Below are positions 29,514 to 39,717 of a stretch of DNA of 64,000 nt, piece after piece. Source of the stretch: Candidatus Saccharimonadia bacterium (GTDB lineage: Bacteria; Patescibacteriota; Saccharimonadia; CAILAD01; BJGX01); contig JBCLLN010000003.1 in assembly GCA_039738635.1 (NCBI GenBank), positions 259 to 64,258 on the forward strand, given 5' to 3'. The notes beneath the pieces are model-generated. The model worked only from the letters and a program-made list of their open reading frames with translations. It ran no database searches and was not told the origin of the DNA. Every line of letters starts with the position of its first letter. Within the stretch, counting starts at the first letter, position 1. Both the position numbers and the translations under genes were made by a program.

Positions 29514-31481
29514 CTACCTATTAGCAAAATACCACTTCAATATTTCTCGAGTTGCTGGCATGGCAAATATTGACCCTTCACCAGAGTTTTCAATCATCAC
29601 TATCGTGGCAATACGAGCCTCACTGGCTGGAGCATAGGAGCTAAACCAAGCATGAGGCTTGCTACGGAGGTTCTTGCCGTCAAATCCTTCCGAGGAAGTC
29701 TCTGCTGTACCGGTCTTGCCGGCTACATGGACTGGTACTTGGGACTTAATCTCACAGCACGCGGTACCACTAAGAACTGCCTCCTCCATGCCCTGCTGAA
29801 CTATACGAATATTAGCTAGCGATATAAAATCGGACTTTAAGATACTAACTGGGGCAACCCTGACTATTGCCCCATCTTCACTAACAGATTTAAGTAGACG
29901 GGGCTTGATAATTTTTCCACCATTAGCAATGCTGGCGTTAGCCACGGCCATCTGGAGCGGTGTAGCCCGTAAATCACCCTGACCAATAGAGATATTATAG
30001 GTATCCCCAACATACCAGGACTCGTTAGTAAGCTTCTTTTTATGCTCAGGGGAAGGTAAGAATCCTGGACTCTCTTCGTCAATGTCAATACCAGTCTTAG
30101 CCCCAAAGCCAAACTTTGCATACCAGTCTAGAAGCCTTTTTTCGCCCAAACCCCGGAAACCCTCAAAACCTCCACCAACCTGGTAGAAGAATATATCCGA
30201 GCTCCACTGAATGGCACGCACCACATTAACCACTCCCAGCCCATCTAACTTCCAGCCCTTAAAAGAATACACTACCGAAGGATCATAAGCATTGCGAATC
30301 TCTATTTTGCCCTTGTCTTCAACGGTAGTGGTTGAATTTATGACATTTTCTTGCAACCCAGCTACAGATATAAAAGGCTTTATGACAGACCCCACAGGGT
30401 AATTCCCAGATGTAACCCTATTTAGTAAAGGCTTGGCGTCATTATTTAAAAGTACATCATAGTTAGCCTGGCTAATGCCTTTGGCAAATAGATTTCCGTC
30501 ATAACTGGGGTAATTAACAGCAGCCAATATCTCGCCAGTCTGTGGATCAATAGATACTGCCGAACCGGCCTTAGAGCCTGAGTTATCTACTTCTGTCTTG
30601 ACGGCGTTATAGACCTGCTGTTGCAAGGCCCAATCAATGCTTAAATTGATACTTTTACCAGCCTTGGGCTCAATACGAGCCAAGAAGCGAACTGGCCGTC
30701 CAGACGAGTCTACCTCTACTTGCTCTCTTCCGGCCACACCCTTAAGCTCGGATTCATAACTCTTCTCTACACCACTCTTACCTATCACATCAACAGGTCG
30801 ATACTCTGGATTATCCTTCCATTCTTCGGCAGATATTTGCCCAATGTAGCCCAGGAAATGTGCCAGCTTGCCCTCATCCAAATACTCCCGCTGGGGAGTT
30901 GTCTCCAATGATAAACCCGGGAGGTAGCGCAGCTTTTCTTCTATCTGGAGTGATTTTTCGCGTTCTATGTTACTAGACATTACAAATTGTGGCTGGTCAT
31001 TTTTTTGAATTTTTAATAAATTAGCGAAAATTTCGGCGGCCGGCATGCCTAATATTGGTGCTAATTGCTGGCTCATTTGTGCTAAATCGTCCGAAGCCTT
31101 GGGTAGCTGGGAAGGTGTGGCAATTAAATCAAACTTAGCAATATTGCGCGCCAATAGTACTCCGTTGCGGTCATATATTGCACCCCTCGGTGCTGGAATG
31201 ATGGTGGTTCTAATACGGTTGCCATTGGCAAGAAGTGAATTATACTGCCCATGCACTATCTGCAACACATAGAGCCTCCAACCCAGTAAGATAGCTACTG
31301 TAAATATTCCAATAAGCAATGCCAGATATACATATTTACTAACCTTGCCTTCGCTAGCTGTAAGTTCGCTAGAGCCAGACAAGATAGCGGCGCTCCAGTC
31401 CTCACTCTGGGATACCATTAGCTCTTTTTTATTACGCTGAAATTTGATTGGCTTTTGGTAGAATTCACCGAATATACTCAT
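29514..31481 (-). CDS. mrdA: Penicillin-binding protein 2 (elongasome transpeptidase)
   Basis: N-terminal TM, SxxK (GSVIKP) and KTGTA motifs. Sits downstream of mreBCD. Confidence 0.85.
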   Translation of the reverse strand: MSIFGEFYQKPIKFQRNKKELMVSQSEDWSAAILSGSSELTASEGKVSKYVYLALLIGIFTVAILLGWRLYVLQIVHGQYNSLLANGNRIRTTIIPAPRGAIYDRNGVLLARNIAKFDLIATPSQLPKASDDLAQMSQQLAPILGMPAAEIFANLLKIQKNDQPQFVMSSNIEREKSLQIEEKLRYLPGLSLETTPQREYLDEGKLAHFLGYIGQISAEEWKDNPEYRPVDVIGKSGVEKSYESELKGVAGREQVEVDSSGRPVRFLARIEPKAGKSINLSIDWALQQQVYNAVKTEVDNSGSKAGSAVSIDPQTGEILAAVNYPSYDGNLFAKGISQANYDVLLNNDAKPLLNRVTSGNYPVGSVIKPFISVAGLQENVINSTTTVEDKGKIEIRNAYDPSVVYSFKGWKLDGLGVVNVVRAIQWSSDIFFYQVGGGFEGFRGLGEKRLLDWYAKFGFGAKTGIDIDEESPGFLPSPEHKKKLTNESWYVGDTYNISIGQGDLRATPLQMAVANASIANGGKIIKPRLLKSVSEDGAIVRVAPVSILKSDFISLANIRIVQQGMEEAVLSGTACCEIKSQVPVHVAGKTGTAETSSEGFDGKNLRSKPHAWFSSYAPASEARIATIVMIENSGEGSIFAMPATREILKWYFANR

Positions 31482-31486
31482 ATCGG

Positions 31487-31987
31487 CTACCTCGCCACCC
31501 TAGAGCGATTGTCACCACTGGCCCATTGGGATATCTGGCTTAATAATACATACCATATCAGTCCGGCCACAGTGGTCAATAAAACATAGCTAGCTACCTG
31601 CTGGGCTAACTGCCATACTGGGCTAGAGTTTAAAAGTGGTAGTGATACTACTAAAGCTTGGATAGTAGCTACAAAAGCCAAATACAATATCGGGCGCCAC
31701 CAAGAGTAATCTCTCTCTCCAAATTTCAGCCAGTACTTACTAATAATGCCAACTAACAAATAAAAGCCCAAATAAAAGCCAAAGTCACCAGCAGCATACA
31801 AATCACTGCTTAAGCCAGCCAGTAAAGATAGCCACATCAGCTGTTCGGTCTTAGCGTGCAAGCTCACTATCACAATAAAACTCAGGACAATATTAGCCGT
31901 TAGGCCATCTATCTGCCAGCTCTGCAATAAGAAAAACTGCAACACAATACTAACTAACAGGGCAGTGGCTAATAATGTTGCTTTCAC
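31487..31987 (-). CDS. mreD: Rod shape-determining protein MreD
   Basis: 166 aa, 5-TM hydrophobic protein positioned between mreC and pbp2. Confidence 0.65.
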   Translation of the reverse strand: MKATLLATALLVSIVLQFFLLQSWQIDGLTANIVLSFIVIVSLHAKTEQLMWLSLLAGLSSDLYAAGDFGFYLGFYLLVGIISKYWLKFGERDYSWWRPILYLAFVATIQALVVSLPLLNSSPVWQLAQQVASYVLLTTVAGLIWYVLLSQISQWASGDNRSRVAR

Positions 31988-32781
31988 TGCTTTAGCCCAA
32001 TCGTAATAAAAACTATTTCTAGGGTTTCTATTTTGACTAAAGGCCTCAGCTGAGCTGACTGAAAAACTGCATTATCACTTTTTTGGACTGATTCTATCTG
32101 GCCTACCAATATACCCCTCGGAACTAGCCCAGAACCGGCAGTAATCACTAATTCCCCACTCACTAATGACTCGGCCTGGGTGATTTTTTCAAACAAATAA
32201 CCCTGCCCTAACTGCCCCCGAACAATCCCTTGGGCTCGACCGTCCTGTCCGATTGCTCTTATCCTAAACTCTGGGTCAGATATCAAAAAAACCTTTGCGC
32301 TGTAATTATCAACCTGATCTACTGTACCTACTAGGACGCCGGAAGACACTACCGCCATCCCAGCCTTGATGCCACTGTTCTTGCCCCTATCAATTGTAAT
32401 AAACTTACGCAAACTAGTTCCTTCGCTTGATACTACACGGCTGGCCACCAAATCTAGCGAGAGGCGCTGATTAAAATTAAGCTGGTTTCGTAATTCAACA
32501 TTTTCATTAGCAATTTCTTTAAGGCTGGAGAGTTGGGTTTTTGATGCCAGTAGCTCGGCCGATAATGCCTTGTTCTGGCCAGCCAGCTCGCGAGCCTTGG
32601 TGGCTATCTCGATATTACTCCGTATCCCCCTGCCAAGCTGACTAATCCCAGCTCCAAGCGGGTTAATAAGCTGATCGTTAATGGCCCTCAACGGCCAAAA
32701 GCCACCAGCATAGCGAAGCCCTACTACCAGCAGAGCTAGCGTGGAGATAATTATTACAGTAATTGAATATTGGCGTTTCAT
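31984..32781 (-). CDS. mreC: Rod shape-determining protein MreC
   Basis: N-terminal TM, a coiled coil and a beta-barrel region (VVSSGVLVGTV..). Operon position supports the call. Confidence 0.8.
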   Translation of the reverse strand: MKRQYSITVIIISTLALLVVGLRYAGGFWPLRAINDQLINPLGAGISQLGRGIRSNIEIATKARELAGQNKALSAELLASKTQLSSLKEIANENVELRNQLNFNQRLSLDLVASRVVSSEGTSLRKFITIDRGKNSGIKAGMAVVSSGVLVGTVDQVDNYSAKVFLISDPEFRIRAIGQDGRAQGIVRGQLGQGYLFEKITQAESLVSGELVITAGSGLVPRGILVGQIESVQKSDNAVFQSAQLRPLVKIETLEIVFITIGLKQ

Positions 32782-32791
32782 TGTTGCCCCC

Positions 32792-33844
32792 TTAGTATGG
32801 TGCCTTCTCGTACTGAGTTGAGACTAGCACGTCCTTAAGACTATCAAGATCCTCTAAAACCATGCCCGTGCCCCTTGCTACCGATGTTAATGGGTCCTCA
32901 GCAATATGAACGGGCATATTAGTTTGCTGAGATAATAACACGTCAAGCCCCCTTAACAGGGCACCCCCACCAGCCAAATGCATGCCTTTATCCATAATGT
33001 CGGCTAGTAACTCAGGTGGGGTCTCTTCAATGGTGTATTTAACTGCATCAACAATGGCCCGGATGCTTTTTGCTAGAGCTGCTCTAATTTGATTAGAGTT
33101 TACAATCATTTCCTTGGGCAAACCAGTTATCATATCTCTACCTCTTACTGGAGCTTCTAAGGTTTTTTTGAGCTTAATAGCCGAGCCTATGTTGATTTTG
33201 ATGGTTTCGGCTGTTCGCTCGCCGATATGCAGGCTAAACTCGTCCTTACAATAATTTATAATATCCTCAGTCAGCTCATCACCTGCGACGCGAATAGACC
33301 GGCTGGCCACAATGCCACCAAGGCTAATTACAGCCACCTCGCTGGTACCGCCACCGATATCTACAATCATACTGCCCTCGGCATCGTGGACGGCCAAGCC
33401 ACCACCAACGGCGGCGGCCATCGGCTCTTCAATCAAAAAAGTCTGCCTTGCTCCAGCGTTAGTGGCAGCATCCTCTACTGCCCTCCTTTCAACTTCAGTG
33501 ACTCCAGAGGGTATGCCAATTACAACCCTGGGTCTAGGGAATAATACGAAGCTCTCCCGGTGGACCTTTTCTATAAAGTACCTTAGCATTTGTTCGGTAA
33601 TCTCAAAGTCACTAACTACGCCATCTACCAGCGGTCGGGTAGCAACAATATTGGCTGGTGTCTTACCGACCATTCTTTTGGCCTCATCGCCAATAGCCAA
33701 GATTTGGCGATTCTTGGTATTAATGGCTACTACCGAGGGCTCACTAATAACTATGCCCTTGCCCCGAACATAAATAAGTGTGTTGGCTGTACCTAAATCA
33801 ATACCAATATCGTGTGAGAATCTACCTAGGATTGCGTCTATCAT
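32792..33844 (-). CDS. mreB: Rod shape-determining protein MreB (canonical operon copy)
   Basis: IGIDLGTANTLIYV, DIGGGTSEVAVISLGG and LAGGGALLRGLD motifs. Confidence 0.95.
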   Translation of the reverse strand: MIDAILGRFSHDIGIDLGTANTLIYVRGKGIVISEPSVVAINTKNRQILAIGDEAKRMVGKTPANIVATRPLVDGVVSDFEITEQMLRYFIEKVHRESFVLFPRPRVVIGIPSGVTEVERRAVEDAATNAGARQTFLIEEPMAAAVGGGLAVHDAEGSMIVDIGGGTSEVAVISLGGIVASRSIRVAGDELTEDIINYCKDEFSLHIGERTAETIKINIGSAIKLKKTLEAPVRGRDMITGLPKEMIVNSNQIRAALAKSIRAIVDAVKYTIEETPPELLADIMDKGMHLAGGGALLRGLDVLLSQQTNMPVHIAEDPLTSVARGTGMVLEDLDSLKDVLVSTQYEKAPY

Positions 33845-33883
33845 AGCTATTAGTTTAACAACTCAACCTATTGATGACCAGAG

Positions 33884-34960
33884 TTAAAGTCGTGAGATAT
33901 CAGAAATCGTCACAATCACCGCTAAAATAATCAAAAATCCAAAGCCCAGCCAGTGTATTAAGGCCTCCCGCTTAGGAGAGATTTTAACCCCCAGCCTGGC
34001 AAGTGTCATCATGGCAAATCGCCCTCCGTCTAGGGCTGGCAGTGGCAAGACATTGATTACAGCCAGGCTTAAGGATATTGATGCCACAAAAATTAGTACA
34101 TATTTCCACCCAAACTGCATCACCGAACCAAAAATACTAACAATTCCTACTGGGCCAGCTACTCCTACGATCACTTGAGCTTTCGTAAATAGTCCTACTA
34201 TAAAGCCACCAAAAGCAGAGATGGTGGCCAGTGCTAACTGGAATAGTGCGATGCCAGCCGCAAAGAAAGCCACTATTGGGTTATAGTAAGCCATATCAAC
34301 TGCTTGCCCTGCCAGCCCCAGATAGCCTTTAGCACTATCAGTGCCGAGCTGGGTAGCCACTACAGACGTATTTCCGTCTTTACGAATAGTTAACTCAATA
34401 GTTTTACCGGCATTAGATTTTGTAAAATCTTGGAGCTGCTGATAACTTACAAGGACAGTATTATTAATTGCTAGCACTTCAGTTCCTGGCGTAATACCTG
34501 CTCTCTGGGCAGCTGAATCTTTGGATACATTCATTACTAGCAGGGGAGATACTACCACTTTCGTTGGTTTTATTGGGCCAACCGCTACAGTGCCATTAGG
34601 AAATAGTGCGGGCAGGCCAGTAACCATTAGAATATAAATGATAAAATAGGCTATTATTAAATTTACAGTCACCCCAGCTAAGACAATTTTGGCCTTAACT
34701 TTGTAGGACTTGGTTGAAAAACTTCCTTTTCCACTATCTTCACTATCTTCGCCGTGTAATCTTACAAACCCACCAAGCGGTAATAAGTTAATGCTATAAA
34801 GTGTGCCGGCCTTACTCTTACGACCATATAGCCTAGGAGGGAAGCCAATCCCAAATTCATCTACCTTAACGCCATTACGACGAGCCGTAATAAAATGCCC
34901 TAGCTCATGGGCAATAATAAGTAGCGAAAATATTATTATTACTAGTAGAATGCTAAACAC
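33884..34960 (-). CDS. rseP: RIP site-2 metalloprotease, M50 family (RseP-like) with PDZ
   Basis: HELGH at the N-terminus, a central PDZ domain (AAQRAGITPG) and an LPLPALDGG motif. Confidence 0.8.
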   Translation of the reverse strand: MFSILLVIIIFSLLIIAHELGHFITARRNGVKVDEFGIGFPPRLYGRKSKAGTLYSINLLPLGGFVRLHGEDSEDSGKGSFSTKSYKVKAKIVLAGVTVNLIIAYFIIYILMVTGLPALFPNGTVAVGPIKPTKVVVSPLLVMNVSKDSAAQRAGITPGTEVLAINNTVLVSYQQLQDFTKSNAGKTIELTIRKDGNTSVVATQLGTDSAKGYLGLAGQAVDMAYYNPIVAFFAAGIALFQLALATISAFGGFIVGLFTKAQVIVGVAGPVGIVSIFGSVMQFGWKYVLIFVASISLSLAVINVLPLPALDGGRFAMMTLARLGVKISPKREALIHWLGFGFLIILAVIVTISDISRL

Positions 34961-35652
34961 TACGAGCCAAACCTTCTCTGCCGTTTATTATATTCACCCA
35001 AAACCTTATTTAACTCTTTTATGCCAAAGGCTGGCCAGTGTACTGGTACAAACTCTAACTCGGCATAAGCACTATCCCATAATAAAAAGTTACTCAGCCG
35101 TTGCTCGCCAGAGGTACGGATAATATAATCTACCGCTGGCAACTCAGGTTGGTACAGATGGCTTCTAATAAGCTCTGGGGTAATATCCTGGGCGCTAACA
35201 TTATCTTTTACGAGCTTCTTAAAGGCGTCGGCTATCTCTTGCTGGCCACCATAATTAAAGCAAAGGTTAATAGTGCCTTTGCGATTTTTAGAAGTTTGCT
35301 CTTTAGTCTCGTCAATGGCGTTGAGTATCTTAGCATCTAGCCTCTCCCTTGAACCAGACACCACAACTCGCACGCCTTTTTTGTTAAGCTCCTCCAGCTC
35401 GCTGGTAAATATTTTCAGTGCGAGGTCCATCAGATAGCTAACCTCCTTGGCGTCTCGATTCCAATTCTCAGTAGAGAATATATAGGCCGAGACAACCTCT
35501 ATGCCCCTATCAAAACAGCTCTGGGCAATAGTCTTAATATTCTCATAGCCTTTTTTGTGGCCTACTAGCTTAGGAAGGCCTTTGCTGGTAGCCCAGCGTC
35601 GATTGCCGTCACAAATAAATGCTATGTGTTTAGGTAGGCTAGTAGTTTCCAT
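34960..35652 (-). CDS. uppS: Undecaprenyl-diphosphate synthase (cis-prenyltransferase)
   Basis: HIAFICDGNRRWA motif, and a RTSGEQRLSNFLLWDSAY motif. Confidence 0.9.
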   Translation of the reverse strand: METTSLPKHIAFICDGNRRWATSKGLPKLVGHKKGYENIKTIAQSCFDRGIEVVSAYIFSTENWNRDAKEVSYLMDLALKIFTSELEELNKKGVRVVVSGSRERLDAKILNAIDETKEQTSKNRKGTINLCFNYGGQQEIADAFKKLVKDNVSAQDITPELIRSHLYQPELPAVDYIIRTSGEQRLSNFLLWDSAYAELEFVPVHWPAFGIKELNKVLGEYNKRQRRFGS

Positions 35653-35667
35653 AGCAAAAGCAGTCCG

Positions 35668-36228
35668 CTAGACTGTCATTAATTCCTGCTCTTTAGCGCT
35701 AACTACTGCTTGAATCTTTTTATGATAGTTATCCACAAGCGCATCGAGGTCTTTCTGGAGCTTAATGGCTTGATCTTGAGTTAGTTCCTTAGCTTTTTGA
35801 TTAATTTTAGCTGTGTTAAGTGCTTCGTGGCGAGCATTCCTAATGCTAACATTAGCAGCTTCAGCCTTTTCTTTTACGACCTTGGCTAGTTGCGTTCTAG
35901 TTTCCTCAGAGATGGCTGGCAGGGCTATTCTAATTACTCGGCCGTCATTGCTGGGGTTGAGCCCGAGGTTTTTAGCTTCCGAGATAGCTTTTTCAATGAA
36001 GCCTAGGTTACCTTGGTCCCAGGGTTGGATTTGAATTGATTTAGCATCAGGCGTGGTAATGGTGGCGATAGCCTTTAAGGGCATGCTCTGCCCATACACT
36101 TCCACCTTAATACTATCCACCAAACCAGTACTTGCTCGTCCTGATCGCAGGCCTACCAGCTCACTACCTAAATGCTCTAACGCGTCCTTGAATTTATCTT
36201 CGGCTTGCTTAAAAAGTTTTATATCCAT
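35668..36228 (-). CDS. frr: Ribosome recycling factor
   Basis: 186 aa with typical RRF sequence (LRSGRAS..L.D.I.V..YG). Confidence 0.95.
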   Translation of the reverse strand: MDIKLFKQAEDKFKDALEHLGSELVGLRSGRASTGLVDSIKVEVYGQSMPLKAIATITTPDAKSIQIQPWDQGNLGFIEKAISEAKNLGLNPSNDGRVIRIALPAISEETRTQLAKVVKEKAEAANVSIRNARHEALNTAKINQKAKELTQDQAIKLQKDLDALVDNYHKKIQAVVSAKEQELMTV

Positions 36229-36252
36229 ATATTCTTATTATAACTGATAGCG

Positions 36253-36843
36253 TTATTGTGTGCCACCCATTTCCATCCGCGAAAACCTTCGGATTACAAT
36301 ATTTTCTCCGAGCTTTGCTACTAGCGCCTGCCTGACTTGCTCGATAGTCTGGGTGGGATCCTTAACGAATGGCTGGCTACTTAGACAGACCTCTTGGTGC
36401 CACTTATTCATTTTTCCGGCAATGATTTTTGGGGCGTGCTCGGCGGACTTACCGCTGGCTAGCACCTCAGCTTTGGCAATTTCTTCCTCTCGCTTACTAT
36501 CAGCTGACGGAATTTGCTCGGCATTAAGGTAGATGGGGTTAAGGCCAGCGATATGAATGGCAATGTCTTTGGTGAATTGCTTGAAGTCGTCGGTCCTGGC
36601 TACAAAATCCGTTTCGCAGTTAATCTCTACTAATACTCCAATTTTACTACCATGCAGATAGCTCTCAATCACACCTTCGGTGGCGTTTCTATCGGACTTT
36701 TTGGCGGCCTTAGCTAGGCCTTTTTTGCGCAATACAACTATTGCGCTATCATAATCCCCGCCTGCCTCATCAAGCGCGGTCTTGGCATCCATCATGCCCG
36801 CACCTGTTGCTTGGCGTAATTTTTTAATATCTTCAATACTCAA
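36253..36843 (-). CDS. tsf: Elongation factor Ts (short form)
   Basis: UBA-like N-terminus IKKLRQATGAGMMDAKTAL. Only 196 aa. Confidence 0.85.
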   Translation of the reverse strand: MSIEDIKKLRQATGAGMMDAKTALDEAGGDYDSAIVVLRKKGLAKAAKKSDRNATEGVIESYLHGSKIGVLVEINCETDFVARTDDFKQFTKDIAIHIAGLNPIYLNAEQIPSADSKREEEIAKAEVLASGKSAEHAPKIIAGKMNKWHQEVCLSSQPFVKDPTQTIEQVRQALVAKLGENIVIRRFSRMEMGGTQ

Positions 36844-37713
36844 TTATTTGTCCTCCTGATTATTTTTAGCGGCTTCTTTTTGAGCTGACTCGGCAGTTTT
36901 AGCGCGGTAGAATTCATGGCCCCGCATAGTAGCCTCGGCAATTAATGTAGTCACCATTTGAATTGTCTTAACAGCATCATCATTGGCGGCAATTGGATAG
37001 GTGATAAGCTCGGGGTTGGTATTGGTATCACAGATAGCAACAACTGGAATCTTAAGCTTATTGGCTTCGCTAACGGCAATGTTATCTCGCATAATATCTA
37101 CTACAAACACTAAGGCCGGACGGGTGGGCATATTGGCAATTCCTTCAAACATGCGACTGAGTTTGGCCATTTCATGCTCTTGGTCTGCCCGTTCCTTCTT
37201 GGTCCCTTCTAGGCTACCCTCGGCCGTATCATTTTGAAGCTTTTTAAGCCTAGTAACTCGGGTCTGGATAGTTTCAAGATTAGTCAGCATCCCACCTAGC
37301 CAGCGATTAATTACATAGGGCATACCGGTATCCTTGGCGGCTTTTTCAATAATTAATCTAGCCTGCCTCTTGGTGCCTACAAATAGTACTTGGCCGCCCA
37401 TTTTAGTTGTTGCTTCGGTGAACTTTATGGCAGCTAGTAATTGCTGATGAGTTTTTGTAAGGTCAATAATATGAATACCCGCGCGCGATCCATAGATGTA
37501 AGGCTTCATTTTAGGGTTCCAGCGTGATTTGTTGTGCCCAAAGTGAGCTCCCGATTCTAGCAACTGCTTTAGTAGCTGATCAGTTGACTTGGCGTTGGGG
37601 CTCACAGCCTTGGAGCTAACAGCCTTAGCACTAGGCTTGGGCTTAGATGTTGATTTTTTAATTTTGGCTTGGCCAACTGTTTCTTTGGCTTGGGACTTAA
37701 CTGTTTCTGGCAT
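36844..37713 (-). CDS. rpsB: 30S ribosomal protein S2 with ~45-aa Lys/Ser-rich N-terminal extension
   Basis: GAHFGHNKSRWNPKM core motif. The rpsB-tsf-frr-uppS order is conserved. Confidence 0.9.
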   Translation of the reverse strand: MPETVKSQAKETVGQAKIKKSTSKPKPSAKAVSSKAVSPNAKSTDQLLKQLLESGAHFGHNKSRWNPKMKPYIYGSRAGIHIIDLTKTHQQLLAAIKFTEATTKMGGQVLFVGTKRQARLIIEKAAKDTGMPYVINRWLGGMLTNLETIQTRVTRLKKLQNDTAEGSLEGTKKERADQEHEMAKLSRMFEGIANMPTRPALVFVVDIMRDNIAVSEANKLKIPVVAICDTNTNPELITYPIAANDDAVKTIQMVTTLIAEATMRGHEFYRAKTAESAQKEAAKNNQEDK

Positions 37714-37847
37714 ATTTTCTCCTTATTCACCTACTGATCTTTCCCGAGCGGGAGGAGTTAATGACCAATATGTTTCGTTAAATTATTTTAGCTTGTTTAT
37801 AATATCAGATTAGAAGCTTTTATTCAAGGCGGAAAGTAAAAATCCCG

Positions 37848-39401
37848 CTAGGTTTTTGTCTCAAGCTCGCTCGGCTCACTTCCGCTTCGTAGCGTTTCCT
37901 CTAAAATCTGGGCCATGCCCCAAGCAATATCCTCTCTGCCCCTTAGCTTTGGCCAGCGTTTATGAGCCTCCACCCCAAGCCCTCTCTGTAATTGCTCAAG
38001 TGATTTATAGGGAGTGATTTGGGCAATTGCCGTATCTAACGCGCGGTTAGCGGGTAGGGTTTGCCCTGGCTTGCGATCTGGATTATTGCGTTTAGGCTCG
38101 TATGATTCAAAGTAGGCTGCCCCTAATAATAGTGGGTCTAATCCATGCGCAATTAGCCCAGCCATTATTATTCTCTCAAATAAATATACATTTCCATACT
38201 TTTTATAGAGTTTGGCCGTCTCTGGTTCTTTGCCTAGCAAGGTAGCACCATCTAATTCTTTATTATAATCAGCCCACAGGGCTGTGTGGTCATACCCTAA
38301 GCCGGTCACAGTCATGGCCGCCCATTCGGTGTAGGCTTCGTTTAAGACATGGCTATTTCTATGCAACCCCACTCTGCTAACTTTAATGGTATTTCTAGCA
38401 GCACCATCACCCCAAAAACCACCAGCCAATTTATCAAAAACAGTAGTTATATCTGCTTTGCCACCGATCTCCTTCCAAAGGCCGGCTGTTTCGTCTGGCC
38501 CCTCTTTTTCATCTTCATCAAACGAATCATATAATGCAGTACCGTCAAGCACTACCGTTAGGCCAGAATGGGCATGGAACATCTCATGCACAAAAGTCTC
38601 TTCTGCACTTCTATAAGAAGAGTTAACATCAAAAAATCGGTCGGCATCTATATATATGGCGTTATTAACAGCACTGTAATGCCCAGCTATGTCATCTAGT
38701 TTATTCACAACCGGGTCACTAGCTATAACTTCTAATCTAGCGATTCTTTCCTCTTCACTACCGCTCGACTCCTTCTCTGGCGTAAAATTCATAACATCCG
38801 CGGGGAGTAGCCCCTTGGACTTCATTTGCTCTACACCCTCATAAAAGCGTTCTTTCAGGCCAGGCAATTGGGCATCAAGGCGTTCTTGGGCTTTAGCAAG
38901 CGCTTCCGCGTGTAGTGCCACTAAGCTAAGTACGCCTTTGTCGTTTATAGTGCCTTTTTTACCACTAAGCATGTCCGAGAATTTATACACGCGGGAATAC
39001 GGAAAGATGCTATTTAATAATTTTTCCTCGCTTGAATCATTATAAATTTCTGGCTTGAATCGTTTTTGGAGCTCCTCTGATTTACCAGTGCCATAAGCAT
39101 AATAAGATATTAAACGGTCGAATACACGCGCGACTCCGGGCTTATCAAAATACTCTTTAACGATAGGTGTTAATTTATCCTTGGCCAATGGAGCCTTGTA
39201 TGCGTCTACCACGACTGCCGGAGCTCCTAGCTCTAGCATGCGTTGATACAAACCATAACCCCTGACCCAGGGAGAAATAGCACCCCTAGTTAGAGTTAAT
39301 TTATCGGCTTCCACAAGGTAGCTCTGGTCAACCGCCTGGACCGATTGGGGCACCATTTGAGCGGGATCTATATCAGGTATCCTGTTGATTTGCTCTGGCA
39401 T
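37848..39401 (-). CDS. Leaderless 517-aa orphan with HExxH zinc-metallopeptidase motif
   Basis: FVHEMFHAHSG, with a possible third ligand in LNEAYTEW ~70 aa downstream. No signal peptide and no other recognisable domain. Confidence 0.5.
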   Translation of the reverse strand: MPEQINRIPDIDPAQMVPQSVQAVDQSYLVEADKLTLTRGAISPWVRGYGLYQRMLELGAPAVVVDAYKAPLAKDKLTPIVKEYFDKPGVARVFDRLISYYAYGTGKSEELQKRFKPEIYNDSSEEKLLNSIFPYSRVYKFSDMLSGKKGTINDKGVLSLVALHAEALAKAQERLDAQLPGLKERFYEGVEQMKSKGLLPADVMNFTPEKESSGSEEERIARLEVIASDPVVNKLDDIAGHYSAVNNAIYIDADRFFDVNSSYRSAEETFVHEMFHAHSGLTVVLDGTALYDSFDEDEKEGPDETAGLWKEIGGKADITTVFDKLAGGFWGDGAARNTIKVSRVGLHRNSHVLNEAYTEWAAMTVTGLGYDHTALWADYNKELDGATLLGKEPETAKLYKKYGNVYLFERIIMAGLIAHGLDPLLLGAAYFESYEPKRNNPDRKPGQTLPANRALDTAIAQITPYKSLEQLQRGLGVEAHKRWPKLRGREDIAWGMAQILEETLRSGSEPSELETKT

Positions 39402-39507
39402 TATTTACTAATAGTTATTTATCTTAAGTATTTCTAATTATTATCGTACTCTACTAGTGGCTGAATCTGCAACTATTGATAACATAAGTATACTCGATTT
39501 ACTTTAA

Positions 39508-39558
39508 AATCTACAAGGAGCCTCCTTACAAGGAGGCTCCTTTGGATTCTTGTAGATT
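39508..39558. other. Nested perfect hairpin in intergenic region (SD-like GGAGG paired to CCTCC)
   Basis: AATCTACAAG / CTTGTAGATT encloses GGAGCCTCC-TTACAA-GGAGGCTCC. Confidence 0.6.
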
Positions 39559-39663
39559 CATTTAGAATACAGATTTACCTCCTAGATATTATTCTAGAGC
39601 TGACGCCTAACTATCTGAGCCTAGTCAGGCACTTCCTCAAGAAACTTTACCACCAGCCAGAAA

Positions 39664-39694
39664 TAAAAAAGAGCTAGGCATAATACCTAGCTCT
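39664..39694 (-). terminator. Rho-independent terminator of the methyltransferase gene
   Basis: Minus strand reads AGAGCTAGG-TATTATG-CCTAGCTCT followed by TTTTTT, 24 nt after the stop. Confidence 0.8.
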
Positions 39695-39717
39695 AAAGTT
39701 AAATTTACTATAAAAAA

